Source: Octopus sinensis (taxonomy: Eukaryota). From it: 64,000 bases of DNA. The position numbers and the translations under genes are program-made. Positions 38,021-51,507 of the stretch are shown one piece after another. Numbering within the stretch: position 1 is the first letter of the stretch; each line of letters begins with the position of its first letter. The notes under the pieces were generated by a model that saw nothing but the letters and a program-made list of their open reading frames with translations, did not search any database and was not told the DNA's origin. The stretch is taken from NCBI RefSeq assembly GCF_006345805.1, contig NC_042998.1:806001-870000 (forward strand). Reading direction: 5' to 3'.

Positions 38021-38459
38021 AAATGAGTGCTGCTAATGATTCTCATATCTAAATGAAATCATCTAAAGTCGCTGAACAGATCGACCTCCTTTAAGGCATT
38101 GGTTTTAATGGTAGCTATATCGTTAGTCCTTGTTGATACAGCTCTTGCTGTCTCAGAACCTGTTAACAAGTACTTAAATGACACATGCGGTCTTTTTCCC
38201 CGTCCTCTCGGTGCAAAGGAAGTTCTCTCTTCACGCCTCCTCTGTCACTATTTTAATCTGCTTTCATGCTCTGCTCTTCTTCGGTTGTCATTTTCTTAGA
38301 CAGCTCTCACAACAGGCGAAGCAAGCGTCTTCTGAATAGAAATAAAACTAGTCACCTGCTGGTGGAGACATGCTTACAGAGGATCGAGTGTTTGATACGG
38401 TTAGTGTCGCTCATTCATTAGATGAATGAACATCCTTACACACACACACAGACAAACAC

Positions 38460-38494
<35 letters not shown>

Positions 38495-39100
38495 CAAACA
38501 CACACACACGCACGCACACGCACGCACATACACACACGCGCGCGCGCGCACATTTTATAACGTCATGACGTTTCAAAACAGTGAAATAATGTGTTAAGAA
38601 GGGAAGCCGACAAGTGGATCCCTGCTTTGCTTTGCCAACGTAAATTCGAATCAGCAGACTGTGACCAGAATCCTTGTCAAATCGTTCAACACGTTTAAGA
38701 TACATTTGTCTGACTTCTTACTGCAATACAGTAAAACAGATGTGATTTATTAGCTGTACGCCATTACAAACATTCACCGAACTCATCTCAGCACCTCAGA
38801 CAATTAACAGGTAGAGAAGCAATGTGAAAGATGTGATGTAATAAAGTAAAGCGAAACGAATATTGTAACATCACAAACACACACAACACAAACACATACA
38901 TACATATAGACATGCATAACATATACACACTCATTCACACATGCATATGTATATATACGTATGTGCGTTTTTGCAGATAAACATATAGAATCATCTTAAT
39001 GAAATGAAAGCAAGATGGCATCAGTGAAACATGTCCGTCGCTTTTGTTCAACAAAGCTTTCATATATCCGATCTGCGGAGTTGTCGGTAAACACATACAC

Positions 39101-39172
<72 letters not shown>

Positions 39173-39376
39173 GTCTGTCTGTCTGTCTATTTGTCTGTCT
39201 AGTTGTCTGTCTGTCTGTCTATATAGATATCAATACACGCATACACACAAACATATGTATGTGTCTGTGTGTATACATACAGATATATATATATATATAT
39301 ACACATATATATACATATAATATATATATACACACATATACATATATATATACATATAATATATATATATACACAC

Positions 39377-39417
<41 letters not shown>

Positions 39418-39749
39418 GAGAGAGAGGAGAGAGAGAGAGAGATCATCTTAAAGAACTGAGAACAAAGACAGTCTTAAACTATTATGCCAGACACTTTGTT
39501 CAACAATCCTTTCATATGTCCAATCAGTGGACTTGTCTGTAAGTCGATGGCTGGATTACAGTCTCACAGGATTTAGACATCAAAGCTAGGAGAAACAAAA
39601 ACAAAGAACACAAAACAAAACGCAGGAATTCTGTTTAGATTCTCCTACTTAGAAATCGACGGGAAAATCTGTAGTAGTAGTAGTAGTAGTAGTAAGTAGT
39701 AGTAGTAGTAGTAGTAGTTATCATCATCATCATCATCATTATTATTATT

Positions 39750-40200
39750 GAGTGAGAGAGCAGTGCATGTCATCAAAGTGACACTGGAGTAAAATATACG
39801 GAGTCCAGTATACCCATCATGACTACCCGTGTGATAAGGGTACACCAGACACATGCATCACAACCATATGTCCGTGACATGGTGATCTCATACCAATATA
39901 AACAGCACATGACCTTGCAGATGGTGCCCACTTAGAATTTTCTTCTGGTCGAGTAGCCCATTCCGCTCAAAAGGTCCCTGAATAAGGATTGTTTAAGGAT
40001 GTTGAACGAACCACCCATGTTTCCAGAAGTGAATTATCCGAACCTCCAAGATTTCCTTTCAACACACGGTCAGAGATGCATATTTCGTCAGCCACTAAGG
40101 GACATGGTCAACAGGTTAAAGTCAAACAACTGACAAACAAATCTGTGGTATTGAGCAGAATATTTGCTGTAGCCCATCTTTATACCAAGACAAAACAATG
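39750..40200 (-). mobile_element. (TAA)n-associated SINE-like element, apparently full length (about 450 bp)
   Basis: Matches the 5159 and 7604 copies; 3' end ctctctcactc(aat)n; TAA-type repeats on both sides. Confidence 0.8.
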
Positions 40201-40264
40201 TATTATTATTATCATTATCATGATCATTATTATTATTACTTTTAATCTGTTTTTTTTTTTGTTA

Positions 40265-40800
40265 TAATCACACGCCGAGACCCAACCAGCATCCTAGGGG
40301 CGGTAGCGAAATATCATCAAATATTTAAATTGATAAGGGTTTTCTAATGATGTGGGCAGTACTTCCCAGCACTATCTTTTGGATTTCTCTGAGACATGGA
40401 TCTCCTGGGGTATTATGTAGATATTTCTGACACCCCTTTTTTATAACACCTAGGGCACTCAGAGTAACAGGAACAGTTCTCGCTTTAATATGCTACATCT
40501 TTTTTATTTCAATTCCCAGGTCCTTATACTTAATTTGTCAAACTCCTTTACGGATATATTTTATCAGTGGGAACACTTACATCTATCAGTCTACAAGTAT
40601 TTTCTTTCCCGTCTTTAATGACTATGTCTGGTCGATTAGCCTGGATCGTTCTGTCAGTGTAGACTGGAAGACCGCCGACGATAGTGACATTATTACCTTC
40701 AACGACTGACTCAGGATGTTCATACAAGTAAGCAGGAGTGCTGGTTTTGTAGTGTTTACTTATTTTCCAATGTAAATACTATCCTAATCTATCGTGGCAT
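40265..40800 (-). pseudogene. Second R4/Dong-family fragment (restriction-like endonuclease)
   Basis: YLHWKISKHY...YTDRTIQANRPDIVIKD...LGIEIKKM...VPVTLSALGVIKKG...EIQK, in broken frames. Confidence 0.75.
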
Positions 40801-40852
40801 ATATGTATCCGTCTGTGTCGTCATCATCATCATTATTATTATTATTATTATT

Positions 40853-43308
40853 CAGTAGTTTTATTTTTATTTTTTATAGCGTGCTTTCACTTCACTACCG
40901 AGCGCAGCTCTGTGTGCCTTGGGTATGTGCTGTGATTTGTTGTGATGCTCTGATGGTTATTGTATGGAAAGTGTTCTGCGTAGGATGTGTGCAGTGCCTA
41001 GTAGTGCAATTTTCTGTATGTTATATGTGTTTGTAAGTCCTGGTGTTTTTGTTATGTATTTGTCTGAATATTTTTTTATCATGCCTAATGCACCTACTAT
41101 GATAGGAATTGTTTCTGTTTTCAGATTCCACATTCTAGTTACCTCTATTTCCAGGTCTTTGTATTTTGAGAGTTTCTCCATTCCTTTTAGAGACACGTTG
41201 TCATCTGCCGGTACTGATACATCAATTAGAAAGCATTTTTTTTCTTCATGGTCTCTGACAACTATATCTGGTCTGTTGGCCTTAATTTCTCTATCTGTGT
41301 GTATCGGCATATCCCAGAGTATGGTTGCTTTCTCGTTTTCTGTGACCTTTTCTGGTGTGTGCCTATACCATCTTTTTTCTGTTGTTATTCCATAATGTTG
41401 GCATAGCTTCCAATGTATGTAGGTTCCAACTCTGTCATGTCTGTGAATATATTCCTTCTTAGCCAGGACTGGGCAGCTAGAGATAATATGATTTATTGTT
41501 TCTTGTCCATCTCCACATATTCTGCAGTTACTTGTAATATTTCTTTTCATTACATGTTTTTGGTAATTTCTGGTGGGGAGGCTTTGGTCTTGTGCTGCAA
41601 TTAAAAATCCCTCTGTTTCTGCTTGAGTCCTGAGCTTCTCAACCATTGCTGGGATTTTTCTTTGTCTATTTCTTTTGCGTTTAGTTTAGTCCAGTATTTA
41701 CCATGAAGGGGCTTTTCTTGCCATCGTTTTATCATGGTTCGTTGCTGTTCTATTTTTAGTTTGGATTTCATTTCTTTTATAGCTTTTGTTGTTTCTTCAT
41801 CTTCTTCTTCTTCTTCATGTTTATTAGGTGGTATGATTTCTTGTTTGTATTTGTCAGCTTCCTTAAATACTGAGAACAGTTTTTTGTTTTGCTCGTGTTT
41901 TGCCGCTATCTGGATCAGTTTTCCTTCCTTCTGAAGTAGATATTTTTGCAGTCCTATGGTGGTTATTTTATAGTAGTTTTCCAGCTGTATAAGGCCTCTA
42001 CCACCTTCTATACGTTGTATATATAGTCTTTCTATGTCAGATTTTGGGTGATGCATCCTAGATCCTGTCATTATTTTTCTTGTTTTCCTATCTATTTTGG
42101 TCAGTTCATTTCGTGTCCAGTTAAGGATATTGTAGCTGTAACTTATAACTGGGACAGCTAAAGTGTTGATACCTATTATCTTGTTTTTAGCATTGAGCTC
42201 TGTGTTTAGTATTGATCTAACTCGTCTATAATATTCTTTTTTTATTTTCTCCTTCATTTGTGTGCGTTGTCTTATCTAGTTCATGGATTCCTAAGTATTT
42301 GTAAGTTTGGCCTTGGTCTAATTCTTTTATTTCATTTGCTTCATCTAGTGTGATGTTGTTACTCTTAACTAGTTTTCCTCTTTTCATGGTTACTTTGGCG
42401 CATTTTTCTAATCCAAATTTCATATCTATTTCTTTGGTAAATCCATGAACTGTCTTTAATAGTGTTTCAGCTGTTTGTCATTTGCAGCGTATAGTTTTAG
42501 GTCATCCATATATAAAAGGTGGCTGATCGTTTTGCCGTAACATTTATATCCGCATCCAGTTCTATTTAGCATATCAGATAGAGGTGACAGTGCCAAGCAG
42601 AAAAGGAGTGGAGAGAGCTTGTCTCCCTGGAATATTCCTCTTCTAATGGGGATGTCTTTGGTTTTCATGAGTCCCTCTTTTGTTTGGAGGTGTAGGACTG
42701 TTTGCCATTTATCATAGAGTGCTCTATGAATTTTATGATTGTTGGTGCTACTTTGTTAATGGTTAGTGTTTCGAGGATCCATGTGTGGGGGATGCTATCA
42801 AACGCCTTTTTGTAGTCAATCCAGGCCATACTGAGGCCTTTCTTCTTTCTGTGGCTGTCTTGAGTTATGGCTTTATTAATCATTAGTTGATCTTTACAGC
42901 CATATGAGCCTTTGCGGCATCCTTTCTGCTCGTCTGGGAACAGTTTGTTTTCGTCCAGGTGCTTGTTCAGCCTTTGTGATATCACTGCAGTAAATGCCTT
43001 GAACATAGTAGGGAGGCAGGTTATTGGTCTGTAGTTTTCTGGTTTTTCTGTTTCATTTGATTTGGGAATTAAGATGGTTTTCCCCTTCGTGAGCCATTCA
43101 GGCATTGTCTCTGGCTCTGCTAGTACGTTGTTAAAGTTTTCAGCCAGCTTTTTGTGCATTCCTGTTAGATATTTCAACCAGAAGTTGGGGATCTTGTCAT
43201 GCCCAGGTGCCTTCCAGTTGCTTAGTCTTTGCAGTGCCTGGGTGAACTCTTCAGTTGTTATGGGGGTCCAAATTTGTTCAGATGCCGAGTTTGTTGTTTT
43301 GATACTCC

Positions 43309-43310
<2 letters not shown>
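40853..43310 (-). mobile_element. R4/Dong-clade non-LTR retrotransposon, 5'-truncated, frameshifted RT-CCHC-RLE
   Basis: RT motifs: NYRPITCL, EQKGCRKGSYGCKDQL, WIDYKKAFDSIPH, GIFQGDKLSPLLF, YMDDLKLY. Zinc knuckle CRICGDGQETINHIISSC, then RHD and RPD-x12-D..KYKDL endonuclease motifs. (TAA)n at both ends. Confidence 0.95.
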
Positions 43311-43363
<53 letters not shown>

Positions 43364-43694
43364 ATATTTACGTACGTATAATTATGTATATATTTATCTA
43401 TATGTATATGTTTGTGTGTGTCTGTGTCTGTGTTATATGTATTAATAAAATACAGAAAATATGTACAGCATTTCCTACTTTGTAAAATACACGCCTTTCC
43501 GTAAATTAACTGCCATGATGAGATGATTGCTTGTTGAAACGTAATATAACCGTATTGATATACCTCCTCAGTGTTTGGCGATGGATTTGTGGAAATGTCG
43601 AGCAAGATGCTTTGCGAGATCTAATCTCGTTCTTTGCATTCTGAGAAAAACGCTTGCGACGACACCCGTGCCAATCGGGCCAAACCAGGGGCTT

Positions 43695-44110
43695 TCCATC
43701 CATCCATCCATCCATCCACCCATCTTCTCTGCCCACTATTTCTGAGACGAAATAGTGGGCAGACAATAAGGATCCTCTTCTCCATAGGGCCCTATTTGAA
43801 GCAAGTGTCATTAGGGTTTTTTCCGACTGAATTTCCAAGTGCAACCAACTCAATCTATGGATATTATCCGACCATCCCATTTTGAATCTACCCCTAGGTC
43901 TCCTGTCGGTTGTCCAGGCTTGAAGAACCCATCTTTCGATTTTTTCTGGTGACATTCTCATCATGTATCTGCAGAGGCTTTTCAATTGGATAAACATCAG
44001 CCGGGGTGTAGAGGAGAGGTATACATGCACGAGCCACAGGCTTGTGAAGGAATATGCAAATTCATGGGCAATATTGACCATATATCGCAACACACATACA
44101 CACACGCATA
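43695..44110 (-). pseudogene. RTE LINE 3' remnant with (GGAT)n
   Basis: MMRMSPEKIERWVL.AW..DRRPRGRFKMGWSDNI...ASNRALWR. Confidence 0.7.
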
Positions 44111-44271
44111 CATTTTGTATTGATTAGTCGAAATGGACTCTTGTTATTCTGAGTGTCATTGGGTACACAGGGTTGTCAGGCGAGACATGGCTCATAACTT
44201 GCCTGAATATCAGTGTGCCCACAGTCGAAATTCGGAGTAGCAAGAAGCTGACAAAATCCAAAGAAAGCAAA

Positions 44272-44330
<59 letters not shown>

Positions 44331-44479
44331 TATTCCACGTTGAGCCAAATGTTGTTTCGGATTTTCCCTGATGATCTTTAGCAACTTATATCTCCAAGTC
44401 GTATCCTTAATTTTCTGCAATTTCTCCATTCGTTACTGAATTATTTTTTATACATAATTTTCCTATTTAACGCATAAAC

Positions 44480-45190
44480 ATTAATTGCTTATACTTATTG
44501 TAAAGATTTGATAATGAGCGCCGCAAAAAATTTAATTAAAACCATTTTACTCTACCTCTGGAAAACAGACTCAGTACAAGGGCAGCGGCAAAAGAAAGTA
44601 ATGATGTAAAAACTCAGGAACTCTCAACTGACGTAAGCAACAAAACTGGTTCAGATGTTTCAAGGAAGTTGACATCAGCCTCGAAGACAAATAACGTCAA
44701 GGAAACTTTTTATTGTAGAAGATGAGCCATTACTTGAAATGGTTGAATGACATCCAAGAACAAACACTTATACATTGTCAACAGAACTTAGACCTTCGCA
44801 AAGAACTCCATAAGCTTGACCATGAAAATAGACACTGCCGAGAAGCTCGTAAACTGACCAATGACGTGGGTCAACGACCTATGAGCATTTGTAAACAGTT
44901 GCTGGCATCCACCTGTCATGTTCACCAGACATTGCCCCATCTGATTACCATTTATTCCTCAGTCGTTAAAATCATTTGGACGGAAAATGAGGCGAGGTCA
45001 GAACAATACTGGAAGAGTATTTTCGTCACGGACAAGTGAAGTTTGGAAATGGTGCCTTGCAAGTCTATCACATAGATGGAAGAGCATTGTAGAAAATGAA
45101 GGAGAGTATATTCTAGAAATTTGTTTATCATAATTTAGAAAAATAAAAGACGTATAAGAAAAACGCTTTATTTATGGGATGACCTATTAT
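44480..45190 (+). mobile_element. Mariner transposon remnant with 3' TIR
   Basis: NWFRCFKEVDISLEDK matches the mariner HTH linker. 3' end cgctttatttatgggatgacctatta is a mariner-type TIR followed by TA. Confidence 0.75.
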
Positions 45191-46343
45191 AAGTATAACA
45201 ATATATATTTATGAATATATGTGTAGTAATTGTAATTACCCATGAGACGATAGAAACATTTAATAAGCCTCTAACATTTAAACTGGCCATGACAAGCCCA
45301 AATATTCTACCTGTTTTATGTTCAAATCGCCCATATCCAGCCTCTAGCACCCAGCCAATAATGTCATTCTAAAAATAAAGTCATATCATCGAAATTACGA
45401 AGCTACAATATAATGCATGATTAATTCAAAACAATGTGAATAACGAAGATTTACATTTCGTAGTAATCTGAATGCTTAAGAATTAATTTCAAAGTTGGTG
45501 TTATTCTTCAACTTTTCACCTTTCTTATGCACATTACTGCAGTCATTTGGTTTTGCAACGGTGATAATTAATAATCTAATGTCATTTTTGTGAAAGGAGA
45601 ATAAGGTCAGGCTTATTACTTGCTGCCTAGTGATCTGTAGACCCTATGCTAAATTTCAATCGTGCATTAACCAGGTAATTTCATAAAGATAATGCTTGTG
45701 TGTTGTGGGAGGAATATATATCTACATGTCCGATTAGACAAATCTAAGTTTAATGACGCCAAACTCTTTTAAATTACATAAGGCCAAGTGGTAAAAATGA
45801 AAAGGTTTACTGCTCTAATAATCAGAAACTTCTTAAAGCACAATATAAAGGAAGTTATAATAATAACTGTATGTCCTGTATTCAAATATTTCTGAAGAGT
45901 AATTTAACGATAAGAAATTAACCCACTAATTGCTATTTTTTAGTTAGCCATTTACTCAAAGTCCCAAAGAGACACATAAGCAAAAGTGTATGATTTAAAC
46001 ATATTTAGCTTATTCTTTTTTCTCTCTAGGCTCTGCTTTACTTTTATGTATGTATTTTTCTTCACCCTGATGAATCTCTATGTTCCAGATCGGTTTTATT
46101 ACCAAATATGATATAGTTTACTTTTTAAATATCAGTAGCAATACCATATAACATTGGAAGCAGAAACAGCTGTTAGACGGGGTGCAGTCTATTTGTATTG
46201 AATTAAAACATAACTGAACAATATTTCTCCATTTCTTATTTACTTTATATATGTATGTATATATGTGTGTATGCGTGTGTGCATATATGCATGTATGTAT
46301 GCATATATACAGATATATATATATATATTATATATATATATAT

Positions 46344-46377
<34 letters not shown>

Positions 46378-46519
46378 ATACATAGATAGATACATAGATA
46401 AACAGAAAGTCAGATCGATAGATAGATATAAAGATATAGATATACATATTTACGTTATTAACAAAAGAAGTGTTGGTACAGAATGCTATATATATATATA
46501 TATATAATATATATATATA

Positions 46520-47115
46520 TACATACATCGGATTGTTTCGAGATGCATAAATTATACTGGTTATTGACAATTTTGTATTTTTTCGGCATATTTGGCATTA
46601 GAATTTTTCTTTTGCTCTTATTTTATAAGTTATTTATAAATTTAACCTTTAAGTTATAAATTTAATAGTGTTCACTTCCGGACTCTCTCACTCTGTGAAA
46701 GTTTCTAGCTCGAATCACACGTGTCTCGAGATATGCCGAAGATTTTCTATTTTGGATATATTTGGGGTACTTAGGTCTGCTCAGGACTTAGTGCTTGCTT
46801 TTTCCATGGGTATGAGTATTTCATTTATGTCTTACGTGTTTATCGCTGAGGAGGGGAAAATTCTTATGAATTAACCCCGGAATTGGGACCAATACGGTAA
46901 TAAGGGATTTTTTTAGAAATTTCTATCGGCTTGTTTCGAGACGCATACATTATAATGGTTATTGACAATTTTGTCTTTTTTCGGTATATTTGGCATTAGA
47001 ATTTTTCTTTTGCCCTTTTTTTATAAGTTATTTATAAATTTAACCTTTAAAGGTATTTTTTGATATGCTGGCCATTGATAAAAATTTTTTTTTCGAAAAA
47101 AATGTTATCCTACAA
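46520..47115 (+). mobile_element. About 400-bp tandem unit, same family as 27455-27700, with a decayed HHR at 46841-46894
   Basis: ggttattgacaattttgt block at 46559 and 46957; UAUCG CUGAGGA GGGG..CCCC GGAA UUGG GAC CAAUA. Flanked by TA-rich microsatellite. Confidence 0.65.
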
Positions 47116-47395
47116 TAGTTATATAAATATATATATATATATAATATGAATAATATATAAATATATACATACATATATGTACATACCTACATATATATGT
47201 ATATATACATGCATATATGGGTACAGGACATGAGAAAAACGTTGAACGCAATGAGAAACGAGGCATGCAACATAAAGAATATTCCCCTTCTTCAGTTGTC
47301 CCCCTTTCATCTGCTCCGCATTTACATATATATATGTAAATGGTACAAAAGAATTTTAAAAGCACGTATGTAGGTAAGTATATATGTATGTGTAC

Positions 47396-47439
<44 letters not shown>

Positions 47440-49090
47440 TTTTGCGCATCAGAATAGTTATCTTTTCCGTTACTTTTCTGAGATGTTTGTCATTTTCTCT
47501 TGACACAAGGTTTCCACTTCATTCATCTCTCCGTTCCTGGTTGACTTACCAACAAATTATGATGTCCAGGGCTACTATATATTTCGCAGCTACATATGTG
47601 ATTGTCTTTAGTTCTATAGCGGCTAAGTACGTGAAAGACCACGGAAATATCTACAAGTCCCACAAGTAACCTTTGTGTCAAATATTCCATGTTTTATGCT
47701 GTACATCTTAACCTCCACTTTTCTCTTTGTTTAAATCAAATGGAAGTAAGGTCATAATGCCAGTTACCCGATAAGTCATTAATCACATTCGATGCTTAAA
47801 TATTTAACTATCCTTCTCAGACGAGCTAAAATTGTACTCCTTTATCTATTATTTTAATATATATATATACATATACACATAGCTATTGTCCAAATAGCGC
47901 AATAGCTTGAAACTCGGGATTAGAAATATATATTTCATATAAGCCAGTTGTGTGTGTGTGTGTGTGTGTAATGAGACTGTGTGTGAGTGCGTGTGTATCT
48001 GTTTGTCTGTCTATTTCTATCTGTTTGTCTCTGTTTCTCCGTACTACCCAGGAAACAGCTTCATTTCAGAAATGCTATGAAGATACGACTTAAGAATATT
48101 TTATTAAGCATTTTCATATATTACATACTTGTCCCTTATATTTAGTTTAGGGCAATACATTTCATTTACGTTCCACAAATTTCTTACATATTATCTGAAG
48201 AGGAAATATAGTAGTATGCGCATTGTACTTGCGCGTTTTGCACTTATTTGCAAAGTATCATCAGACTACAACTGTAAATAATTAAAATCATTATCACCAG
48301 ATATCAAAGTGTGCAATGCTTAACGACGACTCATAAATTTCTTTTAACGTGGAGTGACTGAAAGAGAATCTAGAAAAGAATTTCTCCTTCAAATATATTC
48401 TATAACATACCTCCTGAAAAAGTCAGGCTACAACACCGCCTGATTCTTTCATATAAATATTCCAATAAAGAACAACACATAACACAACCTAATATAAACA
48501 AATGCCTATACATGCGCAACGGCGGTGAGTATCCTGGGATAAGTAACAATAGGAAAAATGTTTTATGATTTTATTACTTTTCTTTCTTTCTCTCACACAC
48601 GTGACATTCATGTGTGAATGTGCTCGTGTTTTTGTATGCGTGAGTAAAGCAGGAATCTTTTGAGTTTTATGTACGGTTATGCAAATGAGAGCGTAATCAT
48701 GTGAAAATATTTCAAATTATATAAGATAAAAATGTAAATTGATAAAGGGGGCTACTGTTCAGTAAATCATAAATTTTTGTACGTATTTTCAGGGAACAAA
48801 GAAAGAAATAAGAGATTTGTATATCTTGTATTCAGTTATTTCTAAAGAGCGATTTAACGATCAGAAATGATAGTTAGCCATTCCTGGCGAAATTAAATGA
48901 TCGCTGATTCCAATTTTGTCGTTATTTAGTAATGAATAGGCTTCTGTGCGCGTGTTTGTGTGTGTCGAAGTTTCGGCCTGCTTTGCCTTCATCAAACAGT
49001 CTGATGTATGAATTTGTGTATCAGTATATATATATCTGTGTATGTATATATACATCTATATATATATATTATATATATATATATATACAC

Positions 49091-49131
<41 letters not shown>

Positions 49132-49136
49132 GTATG

Positions 49137-49211
<75 letters not shown>

Positions 49212-49213
<2 letters not shown>

Positions 49214-49678
49214 CAGCAAAATAAGGAACGGCCATAATAGCCGTTCAACCCACTAGAAATAGCAGCCAAGGCTTACGATGATTTGAAAATTTTAGGTCAG
49301 ATATAGCCGAGACAGTAGTGGTGCTGCCTCGTGAAAATATCTGTCCCGTCTGGCTTACTTTACTGATGAATCTATTGGCCTATGGAAGATTAGCTTATTT
49401 AATTTAATCAGGTGTTGATTTGCCATTAAAAAATAGACGAAACGATGCATTGTATAAAGTATTACAGGGTAAATGTTTTTTTAATTTTCTCCTGGTTTAC
49501 GGAATTAATATTGTTTTGCGGTTGAAGCCTTGGCTGCTATTTCTAGTGGTTGAACGGCCTATTATGGCCGTTCCTTAATTTTGCTGTTGAATTATTAATA
49601 TCTCTGACTATTTACTTTTTTCCCACTCGGCCGCTGGTGGTAAATAATTTCTGCTGAATTTTTTGCCACCCTATATTG

Positions 49679-49680
<2 letters not shown>
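49212..49680 (+). mobile_element. Circularly permuted relative of the 479-bp HHR unit, with a 5' inverted segment
   Basis: 49274-49680 aligns to 17582-17760 and then 17282-17508. 49212-49273 is the reverse complement of about 49524-49590. (TA)n on both sides. Confidence 0.85.
49358..49459 (+). ncRNA. Type I hammerhead ribozyme with extended stem II
   Basis: CUUUA 49358-62 / UAAAG 49455-59; CUGAUGA 49363-69; UCUAUU / AAUAGA (A-C at pair 10.1/11.1); GAAA 49439-42; CGAUGCAUUG; GUA cleavage after 49454. Confidence 0.8.
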
Positions 49681-49750
<70 letters not shown>

Positions 49751-49761
49751 ATATATATGTG

Positions 49762-49797
<36 letters not shown>

Positions 49798-50099
49798 TAT
49801 ATACACATATATACATATATATATATATACACATATGTACATACATACTGTTGTTTAGCCCATGTAATGTACACCAAATTATAAAAGATACAAATAGATC
49901 TTTATTTTGAAGGCATGTAACTAGTAAGGTTTTTATAACGATCCTTGTGTCTCCAAGCAATCTGAGGGCTCTGAGCACAAGGTCGATTCTATTTGAAAAT
50001 CAGGACCATGTGCTCAGAGCCCGACGTTTGCTTGGAGAAACAAGGCACCTTATAGAAACCTGCTTTGCCACTTGTTTTCATTGCAAAAACTATTAGAGT

Positions 50100-50640
50100 T
50101 CGTAACTTTATATTGTATTGACCGGATTATTGCACATGTGCTCTTTGCGCAATATCTGCAACATGATATGGCAAGATAAAATATCAAATGTCAAAATCTT
50201 AGAAAAGTGTGATATCTCCAGTACCAAATGCATGATGCTGAGAATTCAGTGCAGATGGATAGGACATATTCGAATGAAAGATGATAGCATTGCGAATACC
50301 ACAGTAAAGGAAGTGATACCGTGGTAAAGGAAGACCCATCCTTAAGTATAAGGATAAGTTGAAGAAATCACAGATTTACTTGGCATCTTGTAAAAGTCAT
50401 TGCCTAGAACGAATTGCATTGCATTAAAAATGTGTCATGATGTATCAAAACAATTTGAGTTGAAGAAACAGAATATTAAAAGAATTATATCCTGCAATCA
50501 ACAGACACATTTGCTCAATCTCAGGAAAAATAAAATTCATCAATGCCCCCATTGTGACTTCATAGCAAAATCCATCCCTCGACTCAAATTATATTCATGC
50601 ATCCATCGCAAATAGATGCAACTTCTTTTATTTTTAAAGA
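50100..50640 (+). pseudogene. RTE LINE 3' remnant
   Basis: LHMCSLRNICNMIWQDKISNVKILEKCDI...CRWIGHIRMKD...; QCPHCDFIAKS zinc-finger remnant. Confidence 0.75.
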
Positions 50641-51066
50641 TGTTCTTTCTTTCTCTCTCATTTTTCACAAATCCTCTCCTTCAAATACTCATACGTCGAA
50701 ATTGACGATCGACGGGATTTATTAACACACACACACACACACTCATACACACACACCCTCATACACACACACACACATACACTCATACACACATACACTC
50801 ATACACACACACACACACATACTCATACACACACACTCACACACACACACATACATACATACATACATATATATATATACACACGTACATACGTATATAT
50901 ATACATTAATTTTATAGAATAGTGGTTACCGAAGAACACATAACAGTATAAATAATATCCTGTAAATGTTGGATTGTAAAAGTTCCTATTGGATAGAAAC
51001 GATCGAAAGATGCTCGTGAGAACCGAGCTCTCATCTTGTAGACACTACTATTATAGCTCTTGGAGA

Positions 51067-51507
51067 GGACCTTTTCGGTTTGAACGGCAGTTTTTTTTAA
51101 TAATGTCCACGTAACTAAACACTTTTAAACTTCGTATACCGGTAGAATGTGTTTATAAAACATCTTTTTCTCTTGGCTTTATTGAGAAAATTCTATAGTT
51201 TGTAAGATATTTGTGGTTTTTTCTTCTTCAATTTCTGCAATTTCAACCAATCAATGACGTCTATTGAGGTGAAAACATTCTGTGCTGTATGAATATGTCC
51301 CTCGTTTAAGAAACAGATTGGGTTTATTTACATTTGTGAAGAAAAAATAACCCTTCCTCCTACCCCTAACCCTAATCCTAACTAACCCTAACTAACCCGA
51401 ACCCTAAAACAGATTGAAATGCAATAGATCGATACTAGGGTCATAATTATGGGTGACAATTTCATATGCCACCGCTAGAAAAACTGCTGTTCAAACCGAA
51501 AAGATCC
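51067..51507. mobile_element. MITE with about 30-bp TIRs and an internal (CCCTAA)-like tract
   Basis: ggaccttttcggtttgaacggcagttttt ... aaaaactgctgttcaaaccgaaaagatcc; cctaaccctaatcctaactaaccctaac at about 51365-51405. Confidence 0.85.

Noticed and set aside
51360-51410. Interstitial telomere or fusion site
   Set aside because: Short, degenerate and located inside a TIR element.
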